From contig NW_024704743.1 of assembly GCF_018977255.1 (NCBI RefSeq), positions 8,062,001 through 8,122,000 on the forward strand: 60,000 nt of DNA, in the 5' to 3' direction. A program made the position numbers and the translations under genes. Below, piece after piece: positions 35,020 through 47,070 of this stretch (position 1 is the first letter of the stretch; each line of letters begins with the position of its first letter). The notes beneath the pieces were generated by a model, which was not told where the DNA came from, searched no databases, and saw only the letters and a program-made list of their open reading frames with translations. Source of the stretch: Callorhinchus milii. Lineage: Eukaryota.

Positions 35020-35821
35020 CCTAGGACTGTTCTCCTTGGAGCAGAGAAGGTTAAGGGGATATTTAATAGAGGTGTTCAAAATTAAGAGGGGATTTGATAG
35101 AGTGAACAGGGAGAAACTGTGGGTCGGTAACCAGAGGACTCAGATTTAAATTAGTTGTCAAAGAACCAGAGGGGAGATGAGAATTTTTTTCACACGAGGA
35201 GTTCGGATCTGGAATGCACTGCCTGAAAGGTGGTGGAAGCAGATACGATAACTTTTAAGAGAGAAGTGGATAGATATTTGGGGAAGACAAATTCGGGGGG
35301 ATCATAGGAACAAGAGTAGGCCATTCAGCCCGTCAAGCCTGTTCCGCCATTTAATTAAATCATGGCTGATCTATATCTGTACTAGAATTTCAAATCCAAT
35401 TTCCCGCTTTCTTCCCGTATCCCTTAATACCCCAAAAATCTTTCAATCTCTTTCTTGAAGGTGTGGATGGATCCAGCATCGACAACCTTTTGGGGGAGAA
35501 AGTTCCAGATTTCTACCACCCTTTGAGTGAAAAAATGCTTCCTAATTTCGCTCTTAAATGGTCTGGTTCTAATTTAAAGTCTATGCCCCCTTGTTTTGCA
35601 TTTCCCCAACATAGGAAATAGCTTTTCTGCCATTACTCTATCAATTCCCTTTATCATCCTAAAAACCTCTATCAAATCACTCCTCAATCTTTAAACTCGA
35701 GGGAATACAATCCAAGTTTACGGGAGTGGGATTAATTTGGATAGCTTTCAAAGAGCGAGCATGATGGGCTGAATGGCCACCTTCTGTATTGTATAATTCT
35801 ATGATTCTATTCTATGATTCT
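35020..35821 (+). mobile_element. CR1 3' end (35020-35300 and 35721-35821) with an internal insertion
   Basis: LGLFSLEQRRLRGYLIEVFKI; terminal ATTCTATGATTCTATTCTATGATTCTA. Confidence 0.88.
35303..35720 (-). mobile_element. Second CR1 subfamily 3' end nested in opposite orientation
   Basis: ATAGGAACAAGAGTAGGCCATTCAGCCC...ATCATGGCTGATCT 3' UTR and antisense ORF2 end. Confidence 0.8.
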
Positions 35822-38117
35822 AAATACATAAAAACTAAACTTCACAGTGAATTCTGTGAAGTGCTTTGAGACGGTATAAGGTGCTATATCAAATGCAAGG
35901 ATTCTTAGTATTGTTAATATTGTAACTTGAGACTGATGGACTGATGTTGTTTCTGGCCAGTATGTTAATTGGGCTTGAATAACTAGATTGAGGTTGTGTT
36001 GGAAGGCTACAGAGAACTTCAGCAAAATCTCAAGGTTAATTTGCCAAGATGGCAAAAGAAGCACTCTCGTTTACAGGCTGGGGTGAAAGGAATATGGTCC
36101 AAAGCATTACATTCAGGATTGAGGTAGGGAAATGCATGAAACCTGATCCTTCTGGGACTGTCCTTCTGTTTCCCACCAGTGACGTCATTTATTTTTATTT
36201 TGTGGGGTTGAGGAAGAAACAGGAGAGACAGATTTCAAAGTTTGGGAGCACAGAGTTTGGTTGAGCAGACCTGTTGTCTTTCATAGGCTTTCCTACAACT
36301 GTAGTGTTGTTTTCCAAGATGATCTTAACAGACCTTTATTCTAAAATTGCCTGGCAAGTGAGGTGCATGATCCATTGAACTTAGGTCCCATCGAGGAAAA
36401 TAATTTTATTTGTTGTGTGGCCCCCAAAAATGTGGAAGGAAGAGGAATTCTGTCTGTACCTGTACCCTGTATCTCCACAAATAGAACACACTTTTGGAGA
36501 GGTTTTGTCTAGCAGATTGGCTGACTGCAGTTGTCAAGGATGCTTTTTTCCATTTAAGTTGAACATAAATAACTAGGTGGAGATTATTCATTCCTGCCAT
36601 AGGAAGCTCTTGAGCTTCTGAAGATTTAGTCTCACATTTCCATTTTTACTCCTATCCCATCCCTTTCAGATTATCCACTTGTTTTGATAAGATTTAGCAA
36701 AGTGAAAGTGCCTCCTCATAAATTAACAGCTTCAGGCTAAAATGCCTGATATTGCTGCATTGTCTATTTGAGTGAAGATTGGGTACTTTGGTCTGAGTAT
36801 TACTTTATGCAACTCCAACTGATTAGTGATTTGATGGAGGCCTCGGAGTGCATCATTGGACTGCTCTTTCAACTGTAATTTAAAGTTTCATTATCAGCTC
36901 AATTGATGTTGTAGTGCCTCTTTTATTTCTCTAGCCAAAGAATCTCTCGTGCCCTTGAATGGCTTCGGGAACCCAATCTATCATTTGTTATAGAATCTGC
37001 AAACTTTACTCTGAACGAATTGGCCTGTTGCAATCCTGCCAAAAAGTTAATTGGATACAATATATCCTGAAAGTTCAGTTTTTTTTCAATCCTAGATGCA
37101 CTGTGATCTTTTTAAAGTCAAAAAACAGCAGAGGTTGGATTAAAATTTTAGACCTTACCGCCATAAGTCATCTGCGAACAATGTGATTGAGTTTTTAATA
37201 TTACACCCTTTTCAAATCTTAGTCAACTGAGTTAGCATATGGACTTTGGATCTTTTAATATTTTGTTAAAGAAGCTAACCCTACAAACATTACTTGGCTT
37301 CAAACAAATGAAACCTGAATTGATTGGATTATAAATATTCACAACACAATTCCTGGCATTTATGGTTCTGACAGAACAGTAAATCTAATCAAACTGTCCA
37401 GTCAGATGACAGGATATCACACAATTGTATGTTGCTAAGGCATTCCAGAGTGCAGTATAGCTGCAGAACTGCATTTTTGAAATGTATTCATAATGTGAGA
37501 ACTTGGTAGCAGAATGCATGTAGGACAAAGAGGGTTAAATGGAGAGTAAACCTCGGAAAGGCTTAGGATAATTGATGGGAATGGATCCTTTTGTTAGGTC
37601 AGCTTGCCACATGGGAGCTTTCTTGAGTGCAAGCTTGCTGCTTCAGCTTCATACAAGGTTCCCTCGACAGCTGGTGTTGTAGGTAAATTGAATCAGTGAT
37701 GGTATAGGCTGCTCTGTGTAGCCCATGGCCTAAAATTCTATCATTGGGGATTTTATTCTTCATGTGTTGGCAATTAATGTCGTAGCGGTTTATAACAAAG
37801 TTAGAAAATCAAGTCTGTATGATTTTGTAATTCTGTCCTGTCATCTACAGCAAAGTGCACAAATCTAATCTGAAAACTGTTCCACTGAAATACAGCAAAT
37901 CTCAATTACATGATTTACACTGACTGCCTGAACAATCTAATTATACACCAGTCCAATAACTATACTTGTGTTAATCAGTTACTAATATCTAGCCCTAGAA
38001 TAATTTTATAAATGTCAAGACAAATTATTTTATAAATGTTCTGTGAAAGGGCAATCAGTGTTCAGACAGCATTTTGTAATGCATGAAAATGTAATGTTTT
38101 TAAACAGCAATATACAT

Positions 38118-38235
38118 TAGAACAGCACAGAAACAGGCCATTTGGCCCAACTAGTCTATACTGGTGTTTATGTTCCACATGAGCCTCCTCCTGCCCTTCC
38201 TCAACTAAGCCTTCAAGCATAACCTTCTAATATAA
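38118..38235 (-). mobile_element. CR1 extreme 3' end
   Basis: ACAGCACAGAAACAGGCCATTTGGCCCA resembles the terminus at 25532-25558. Confidence 0.65.
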
Positions 38236-38452
38236 ACTCCCCATACGTTTTTTGGATGTATTGTGGCAAAGCTTGCTTGTTAGTATTTCTTATGGCATCA
38301 CTTTGTGAAAAACAGTATGGGGGACGGTTATTGTCAAAACTGTTGTGTTAACAAGTAGATTTTCACAGAGCGGCAAATATGTAGAATTAACTGCCAATGA
38401 AGATAGATTGCGTGAATCCTCTTTTGTAAAAAAAAAGTTATTAGCTTTATAG

Positions 38453-38683
38453 TAATAATAATCCTTACATTTGATATAGCACCTTATTATTTTTTTGAAG
38501 GGATTATTACCCCTGGAAAAGTAATCTGCCAATCAACTAACAACCGGGTTCCTACTTACTGTTAGGTAAATAGAGGTGTGTGGTGTAAGGAAATTTGCCC
38601 AACGTTTTGCCCTGCCCGGGAATCAAAGCCAGGACCTCTCGCTTGTGAGGCGAGTGCTCTTACCACTAAGCTACAGGACTCCA
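38453..38683 (-). mobile_element. SINE family B with internal deletion
   Basis: Intact tRNA head and tail; Deu-like block missing. Confidence 0.85.
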
Positions 38684-39733
38684 CAGTACTTATCAGGGGA
38701 AAGAATTCACCAAGATCATGACAGTTAATTCAGGTTTGTTTGGTTTTGTGAAATTCCATTGTTTTCTTTTAGACCATTGTGTGGTATCCTACAGTATTGT
38801 TCTGCATTTATTTCAAATTTCTAGCATCTGCAGTATTTTACCTTCTGTTATAAAGTGCTTCATTATAAAAGCAGTTACTTATAATACTTGCACAGTGTAT
38901 GGATTGTATGCTGATGACCCAGAAATTGGCTGTTTTGGCGTCTGGCGTTTGGCTTTGGTGCATGGAGGTGCTGACGTTTGATAATGCGCCCTGTTATTGT
39001 GTTCGTTTGAGTTGTATAACCCCAACTGCATGTTATAACAGGTTCATCTATATTACCCCCTCATACTAATTCATACAAATGTGCTCATTCATTTCATTAC
39101 AATTTGTGAGATGCTGCTATGCTTGCCGATAGCACTCGCTATACTTCGAGGGAACTTATTGTGTATGAAGCTCTTTGAGACATTTTTACGTAATAAGGCA
39201 CTATATTGAAATGTGTACTGTTTATTATTTATAAGAACATAAAGCATTGGAATGAGAATACTCAATTGAAGCCCTCTAGGAACATAAGAACAGGATTAGT
39301 CATTCAGCTAGTCAAGCCGGCACCTCCATCTTATTAGATCATGGAAGTTTGTGAGAACTCTTATGTTATCAAGAGATCACCTACCTTTCATGTCACGTTG
39401 ACCCTGATTGATTAGATCATACATATCCAATTACTCAATTACTCTGTCCCTGATGATGAATTCTAGTAATTTTGCCACTTATCAGAAATCATGTATATCC
39501 TGCTCTATCATGGGCTCTATCTAACCAACTTGGTTAATATTCATAGGATTTTATTTCGCTGCCATCGAAAGGTGAAGACCTACAAAGCTGCAGAGCATCT
39601 ATTTAATATATCGCAAGTTGTCTTCCTTGACATGTATTTCCATGATCTCAGCAGCTGTCTGGTTCTATTTTTGTTTGCCAATCTCCCTTGATACTTTAAG
39701 AAAAAATTCTGATAGTATAATAATAATGGTGTG

Positions 39734-39970
39734 TGTCAGTCTGGCTCAGTGATAGCACACTCACCTCCTTCTGGTTGTGGGTTCAAGCTCCATGTCAGGA
39801 CTCGGAGTCGCATAGTTTTAGGTGACACTCCAATACAGTGTACAGTGTGTTGCATGTCAGAAATGCAAACTGAGGTTCCGTCTATCTGTTCAGGTGGATG
39901 ATAAAGATCCCATGGCACTATTTGAAAAGAGAAGGGAGTTTTTCCCGATGTCCTGGCCGACAATCCCCCA
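39734..39970 (+). mobile_element. SINE family C 5' two-thirds
   Basis: TGGCTCAGTGA A box, GGTTCAAGCTCC B box, AAAGATCCCATGGCACTATTTGAA block. Confidence 0.85.
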
Positions 39971-39980
39971 AATATAAAAT

Positions 39981-40209
39981 TGGCCAGGAAAAATTCCCTT
40001 CTTTTTGAATAGTGCCATGGTATCTTTAACGTCCACTTGAACAGGAAGACAGAACTTCGGTTAACGTCTCATCGGAAGGATGGCACCTGCGACAATGCAG
40101 CACATCCCCAGCTCTTGCCTTGGAGTGCAATTCCAAGTCCTGACGTGGGGCTTGAATCCACAATCTTCTGACTCAGAGGAGTGAGTGCTACCACTGAGTC
40201 AGGCTGACA
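39981..40209 (-). mobile_element. SINE family C 5' two-thirds, inverted partner
   Basis: Reverse complement aligns to 39734-39958. Confidence 0.85.
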
Positions 40210-40580
40210 TAGAACCAGGCACTCATAGTCCTGATATTTCATAATGGTGCTTTGGTTCTCTTTCAGAGAGCAGGCCCACGCTCAATAGCCTACTTCTTTA
40301 CTGCAAAAATAAAATTCTATGAATTAGTCATATTTTCATAAGGTATTCCTGGGGTGAAAATGCAGTACATTGGCACATCAATGCACATCCTATAGTGAAG
40401 CGATGTGGTTCCTGACTGCAAATTATGTGGGGTTTAGTGAACACATGCATAAGTTTCTATTTGAGTATATTTTGCTCAAGAAGAGATTCAGTTCTGCATT
40501 TCAAAGCTGCAATGAAGCATTTTAAGATTTGCTTATTTGCTTATTATGATTTGAGCTAAAAGGTAGTGTTAGCTAGAATT

Positions 40581-40941
40581 GCCCGTACCCTCCGTTCCTC
40601 TGGCTCCGGTCTGCTCCACGTCCCCCGCCCCAACCGCCCTACCATCGGTGGTCGGGCCTTCAGCCTCTCAGCCCCCAGGCTCTGGAACTCCATCCCCCAG
40701 TGCCTTCGCCTTGCTTCTTCCCTTTCCTCCTTCAAGGCCGGTCTCAAAACCTTTCTCTTTGACCGAGCCTTCAGCTCCCCTCTCGACTCTCTTCCCCCTC
40801 CTCGCTCCCTCCCTTCCCTCCCCTCACCCTGACCATTTCCCCCCTGCTCGGGTCATGACCCAACTGTGCAGCGCCTTGGGACGTCCTCCTGACGTGAAAG
40901 GCGCTTTATAAATGGAATCTTGTTGTTGTTGTTGTTGTTGT
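40581..40941 (+). mobile_element. Young L2 3' end
   Basis: Intact C-terminal frame ARTLRSSGSGLLHVPR..GGRAFSLSAPRLWNSIP..FKAGLKTFLF; long (TTG)n tail. Confidence 0.95.
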
Positions 40942-41094
40942 TCTGGCAAAATTGTATACCAATTACCTTGTGCAATAAACCATTTAAAATCGATTTCTAC
41001 GATACTGGTAGAACTGCAGGAGTGTAATGATATTAAATCAGTTTTTGGACTTTCTCTTTCCTGACTTTTGGGATCCATAGTGATGGGTTGTGTG

Positions 41095-41424
41095 TAATAA
41101 TAATAATAATAATAATCCTTGCATTTGATATAGCGCTTTTCACGTCGGGAGGACGTCCCAAAGCGCTTCACAGAACACACTGTAAAGTGAATTGACTGTA
41201 TATTTGTGGGCGAACGCGGCAGCCAATTGCGCACAGCAATGTCCCACAAACAGTCGTAGATTGAAAATGACCAATTTATTATTGTTTTTGGTTTTGGAGG
41301 GATTATTATTAGGCTCTGTGTGGAGTAAGGAAACTTGCCCAAGGTTTCGCCCTCTGCCTGGAATTGAACTCAGGTCTCTCGCTTGCAAAGCGAGTGCTCT
41401 AACCACTGAGCTACAGGACTCCAC
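41095..41424 (-). mobile_element. Full-length tRNA-derived SINE, family B short subfamily
   Basis: Head GTGGAGTCCTGTAGCTCAGTGGTTAGAGCACTCGCTTTGCAAGCGAGAGACCTGAGTTCAATTCC with A/B boxes and an anticodon-like arm CTCGC-TTTGCAA-GCGAG; (ATT)n tail. Confidence 0.92.
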
Positions 41425-42879
41425 GCAAATAGTAGTTACTGTAATGAGTTTTAAGATGTACATAAGTCTGTCCATTCACAACTCTTATTTAGAAGCTGCT
41501 GCCAAACTTGACTTGTGGGACACAGCTCTTATTTAATTGTTGTACAGCTTAATTTTTGCTATAGAAATTTAAAGTATAAAAGAAGGAGATTCCTTCCATC
41601 TGTGTTTGCTGGCTCTTTGAAAGAGTAACCCATTTAGCACCATTTACCTGCTTTTCTTATTTTAGATATTTATATAGATACCTCTTGAAAGCTAATATGG
41701 ATTCTGCCTCTGGCATTGCACCAGGCCATTGCTTGGGTGATACTCTGTATTTTTAATTGCACGTGTTTCTGATGGGCAAAGTGCTTAGATTTTGCTTGGA
41801 ACCTTTGACCATGTATATGAAATTGCATGCATGGCTGCACCTTACCACTCAGTTGTGTAATAGCAGTCTTCTTCATTTTTAAATTGTAGAAAGAACCACT
41901 AAGTAGTAAGTAGAATTATTACATTTCATTGTGTTTCAGTTGTGTAGCAAATTTATAAATAAGCATGAGACCCCTGAATCTTTTTTGTTTAACCCCTTCT
42001 GTAGGAAGTGGTTCCAAAATGAACCATGCATTTTGTGCTTTCAGACTAAAAGTGAATTAAAGAGAAAAAACACTAAAACATTGCACAATCCTACAGATAA
42101 AATGATATGGAAATGTTTTCAGCTCACGTTGTTTTCTATTTTTGAGTCATTCTGTGACGATTTAGTAGTTCAGCAAAGGAGATCAAACAATTCATCTGAT
42201 GCACACCTCACCCACTCATCAGCTGCTGTGGTCACTGACAGCTCCTGAGCAAAAAGTTTGACCTTTACCACTCAAGGCTTTGCTGTTCATCCCATGATTG
42301 CCACATCAGCTACAGCACATTAACATTTTCTTTGTTTTACTAAACTTGGCAGGACTGAGCTGTACCAGTTTCCAGGCGTAGGCTTGCTTACAGATAATTC
42401 TATCAGACAAGCATTCCACCTGACAGGCTTTATTTTTAGCTTATTTATTTATATTTAGAAATATATAGAGGAACATTTCTTAGTTTTTGGTTTGGCCCTT
42501 ATCTTTTTCCATAATGTTTCAAGAGTGTCCTCATCAGTAATAGTAATTATTATTCGGGGATATTTGTAATTATTGGTTTAGAAATTAAAATTGTAAATTT
42601 AAAAAAGAACTCTGTAAGAAATTGGTTTCTGGTCTCGCTGAGCTCAACAGTGCAATGGAATTGCATTGATGTATTGTACAAATCTGGAATGACAAGATTT
42701 CTGAAGTTCCTTGGGGTAAAAAAAGTAAGGCCCAGAGATTCAAATTCTGGTAGGCTGCACAAACCGGCAGATATTAATGACTAAAAGTTTGCATTGGTCT
42801 ACTTTCCTCTTTGATGCATAGTGACACTAAAAGGTACTTTGTGTGGAATCCGAGCTGAGAACTGCTGCTAAACCCACAA

Positions 42880-43022
42880 CTGTATGTTGGACACTGCTAT
42901 CTGCAATTGGTTGCCACGTTTCGCCCTTAAACAGTCAGTTCATTTTACAGTATATTCTGTGAAGCGCCTTGAGATGTCTCGACGGCATGATAAGACGCTA
43001 TATCAAATGCAAGGATATTATT
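42880..43022 (+). mobile_element. SINE family B 3' fragment
   Basis: Tail ...GCTATATCAAATGCAAGGATATTATT. Confidence 0.8.
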
Positions 43023-44089
43023 AAGTATGGAATGCTTTACTTTCTCTCCCTTTTCTCCCTCTTTCTCATTCATTCATTCATTCATTCATTGTGCTCGCTC
43101 TCAAAATGGTAGTTGTTTCAGTACTTACCAAACTTATGAGCTTTCAGGGAAAATAAATCTTGCAATGTACTGTACTTACTTTCCCCCCCCTCTCCCTCCC
43201 CTTGTTTCAGAGGAAGCAGTCTCCAGTCTTTGCACCATCTTTTTCAACCTTGTGTTGAAAATATACAGGGGTCAAATGCTGTCACCTGTTTGTTTGTGAC
43301 TGATAGCAGTTATTCAGGAAAACAAAAATAAATATGGTCAGCATTCAACTTGTTTAGGCCTTTCTAACTTTGCACAGCCTTCAAATCTAAAAGCATTAGA
43401 ATAAGATATCAAGAAAAATGCTTGTTTTTAAATGAGTAATTCCTGAATCTGACTATGAACACAATCTTGTTCCACTTCTCTCTCAATATGTAACTGGCTA
43501 TTGATTCAACAACTAGAGTTAGAAAATGCACTTGATGTAGTGTTCCTTGCAATACATTTTACAATATCACACACGAGAGATGTTTGAATGAAGAAGGCTC
43601 TTTAGTCCATTTGATCTCTTTCTTCCAGAAAACCCACTCGACCATCTTTCATTGTAATGAAATGAATTCATGAAGTTTTTTTTAAATGAATCCTCCTTCC
43701 AGGCTTTATCCCCCCACCCCGTGTAACTTGTTCCAGTCATTAATTACAACAACTAATTGCATTTATGTAGCGCCTTCATCTCAGGAGGACATCCCAAGGC
43801 ACTGGAATTACCCTATGGATAAATTAATACTTTGCTCTAAAGTGGCACAAATTTTGCTTGGCAAACTTTAGCACTTCTATCCCATTATTGACATTTTGTG
43901 CTATTTACCTTTGCAAAATTTAGGTGTATAAAAGCAATAATTGTACTTTCAACAATGTTGTGATGTTGATTTGCTTGTATAGTATTATGCTGATGCCACG
44001 ACTGTTCTGCCATCAGAAATGGTATTTTGTTATTACACCTTATTAGATGTTCAGCTATGAAATAGATTTGCATTTAAACTCCTGGGTTC

Positions 44090-44210
44090 TGATTGATCTG
44101 TAGCCTGTGGAGGGAAGAGTTGGGAAGTCTGGTATGCAGAGATGGCATAGTCAAATCTGGATGTGATGAACGCATGGATAAGGGTATCGGCAACGTTGTG
44201 AGAGAGAAGG
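44090..44210 (-). mobile_element. Short L2 ORF2 fragment
   Basis: ADTLIHAFITSRFDYA on the minus strand. Confidence 0.75.
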
Positions 44211-44450
44211 ATGCTTGGCAGAAAGAAATCCAAAAGGACAAATAACTAACCTAAAGAACCAGGTTAGCGCAAGTGAGATCAAGGTGCAACAAAATAGTGG
44301 ACAGCTCAGGTACAGGATCAAGCAGGAGTGAAAAGAAAGACCAGTACATTATTGATGAAACAGTACTCAGAAAAAACAGGGAATACAGAAGAAGAGCAAG
44401 TTAGTGATGATAACAAAAAAAAATCGGATTCTGAGTCTGGAGAGAAACCT

Positions 44451-45186
44451 CAATACAATACAAAATTACATTTGTCGGCAGGATATCCCAAAGTGCTGGA
44501 CAGTCAGGGATTTGGACTTGGGCGGGGGGTGTGGTTGAGATCAGGGAGGGTGGAGGATGGCCATAGGCACGGTCGAAGAGGATGGTCTTGAGATGTGCCT
44601 TGAAGGAGGCAAGGGAGGAAGGCGAAGGGAATGGAGTTCCAAAGGGTAGGGGAGGAGAGGCTGATGGCCCGACCGCCGATGGTGAGGACATGGAGCAGAA
44701 CTGCATGGAGGGAGTGGACAGGTTAATAAGGGGTTGGTAGGTCACAGAGGTAGGAAGGGGTCTTGAATATAATAATAATAATCCTTGCATTTGATATAGC
44801 GCTTTTCACGTCATCTAGATGTCTCAAAGCGCTTCACAGAATATACTGTAAAGTGAATTGACTGTATATTTGTGGGTGAAACGCGGCATCCAATTGCACA
44901 CAGCAGTATCCCACATACAGTCGTGGATTGAAAATGACAATTTATTATTGTTTTGTTTTGGAGGGATTATTATTAGGTGTGTGGATTAAGGAAACTTGCC
45001 CAAGGTTTCGCCCTGCCTGGAATTGAACCCAGGTGTCTCGCTTGCAAGGCAAGTGCTCTAACCACTGAGCTACAGGACTCGAAGGTGAGGATGAGGATTT
45101 TGAACTCTATCCTCTGAGGGATGTGGAGCCGGGCAATGTTGGGGGTGATGGGGTCATAGAGCCTGGTGCGGGAGAGGACACGAGCA
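44451..45186 (-). mobile_element. L2 3' end (44451-44767 and 45081-45186) split by a SINE
   Basis: SLASFKAHLKTILFDRAYG on the minus strand; L2 sequence resumes GAAGGTGAGGATGAGGATTTTGAAC after the SINE. Confidence 0.85.
44768..45080 (-). mobile_element. SINE family B short subfamily, near full length
   Basis: Highly similar to 41095-41424; B box GGTTCAATTCC. Confidence 0.92.
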
Positions 45187-46920
45187 GTAAGTCAGTGACC
45201 AAGAAAAAGACTACAAAGCCTCAAAGGAGGAGATGGAAGCCAGAGGGGTTCCCTTCTAGTTCCAGCAATATGAGCAGGGACAGCAATGGAGAAACAATAT
45301 CGGTGACTGGAAGAAACATGACGAGAAGAGGAAAGGGGAGCTGAAGGAGAGGAGGAAAGAGCTGAGGGAAAAGGAACAGAGGCAGGATGAGGACAAGAAA
45401 AGGTGCATCGAAGAGAACAGAAGACACAAGCTGGAAATGGACAAACAGGAATTTGAACAAAAGCGACAGGAAATGGGAGAGGATGAAGCCAATGAGAGCC
45501 CTAAAGGTTTAAGTTCAGAGTATGAAAAGTTGATCAAGCTGAAACAAACTGGGACTATTCAAGTAAAGAACTTTAAAGTCAAAGTTTGAAAAATGAGGAA
45601 AGTTATCAGAAGGAAAAATGCAGAAAAAATAGACGAGAGAACCAGGACAACAATAGAACAAGGCTAGAAAAAAAATATTTAAAAAAACTGGAGAAGATGT
45701 AGGATATCCCTTTTAAGAGGTAAAAAGCAATTAAGAAAGAGCCAATGAGATGAAGACAGGAAGTACAAACGGACACTGGGAATTGAACAAATTGGTGGGG
45801 TTATGGTTAGTGGATTTGAGTTGTTAATTTAAAAACCTTATTAATGCGTCTATGCTTTGGATTGAGAATTTATTATAAAAAAATTCAAACAATGGTTAAA
45901 TGCTAACCAAAAATATCCAGCCTGGCAAGAGGTTGTAGTTAATTGTTTTTTCCTGCTGAATAGGGCAGTAATTGGGGTTCTGATTGCACCTGGTACTACT
46001 CCAATAACTCATGGGATGGTCTATATGTTTCTTGGAGCAGCTGAATTCATTGGCACTTTGTTCCAGCCTGGGGGCTGATTTTGGTGATTCTAACCAGGAA
46101 ACAGCAGTACCAGGAAGTAGCTCTCCATTGAAGAGGAAACTATTTCAATAAAACTAATGTCTCCTATTTTACTGCTTTTTAATCTAGATGGAGTACTTTA
46201 TATTGACAAGTCTTCCTCCTAGGCATTTCATTTAACCTGAAGTAATATTTGATGCTTCAACCGCATTTGCTTAGTGAATCCTTCAAGCTAATTACTCTTT
46301 ATGTCAACATTTTTTTATTCAGAAAGGGCAGGCTTGTTATGCTAATTTGCCCTTTCCTTTTCCCTGAATTTATAATGTTTCTTAGAACTTTGTCTCATTG
46401 ATCTCTAAAGTAAGAAAAAAAAATGTATCCTTCCAATAGTTTGTTGCATTGTACTTAAGATAGGAATCTGGACATTTAACAATCATTTAAACTACTTTTT
46501 TAACTTACAGAATACTGAAAAACAAGTATGCATTTATTTTAGGAACATTTTGATGTGAAGGAATGTGTGGATTTCTGCAACTGTGAATCTTCACGGTAGC
46601 GTAACTTTGCATTAGTAATTTAACCCGTGACTCAGTTTGATGTGTCACATGCTGTATTCAGATCAACATTTGTCCATGGTTGGAAATGGAGCTAAAGTTG
46701 TCGTCTCCCTGTCAACTCTCCTCTGTTGAGAGATAAGGCAGCAGCTAGCTGACTGCTTCTATATCTCTCTGCTGTAATCAGCCAGTCTTCATGATACCTG
46801 CTGTGCTTGAGCATTATAATTCCTTTCAAACAAGAATTCAATATTAAGCGGAATAGGCCCAAATGGCTGTGTATTTACTGAAATTTCTGTGATTCATGAC
46901 GCAGCTTATCAATCCATTCC

Positions 46921-47070
46921 ATTTGAATAATTGGACTGTAGATGGAAAATATGAAATAAGTAGTCTTAAACATACAGTAATTGTAGTAAAGACTCAAAAT
47001 ATAACACAATTACTGTGTTTTAAGTTTACTTATTTTACGTTTTTCAACTGCAGAGTCCAATTATTCAAAT
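46921..47070. repeat. Long imperfect inverted repeat (about 64-bp arms, 21-nt loop)
   Basis: Outer 17 bp (ATTTGAATAATTGGACT/AGTCCAATTATTCAAAT) and inner 11 bp are perfectly complementary. Confidence 0.9.

Larger units (their letters stand above)
44218..45720 (+). pseudogene. Decayed purine-rich ORF (44218-44450 plus 45185-45720), coiled-coil, possibly retroelement Gag/ORF1
   Basis: 109 stop-free codons at 45260-45586, E/K/R-rich, ending ..[14 protein letters not shown]..; similar composition on both sides of an L2 insertion. Confidence 0.45.

Noticed and set aside
41350..41424. tRNA-Ala(TGC)-like sequence as a real tRNA gene (also the other SINE heads)
   Set aside because: No proper acceptor stem and it continues into SINE body; these are SINE heads.
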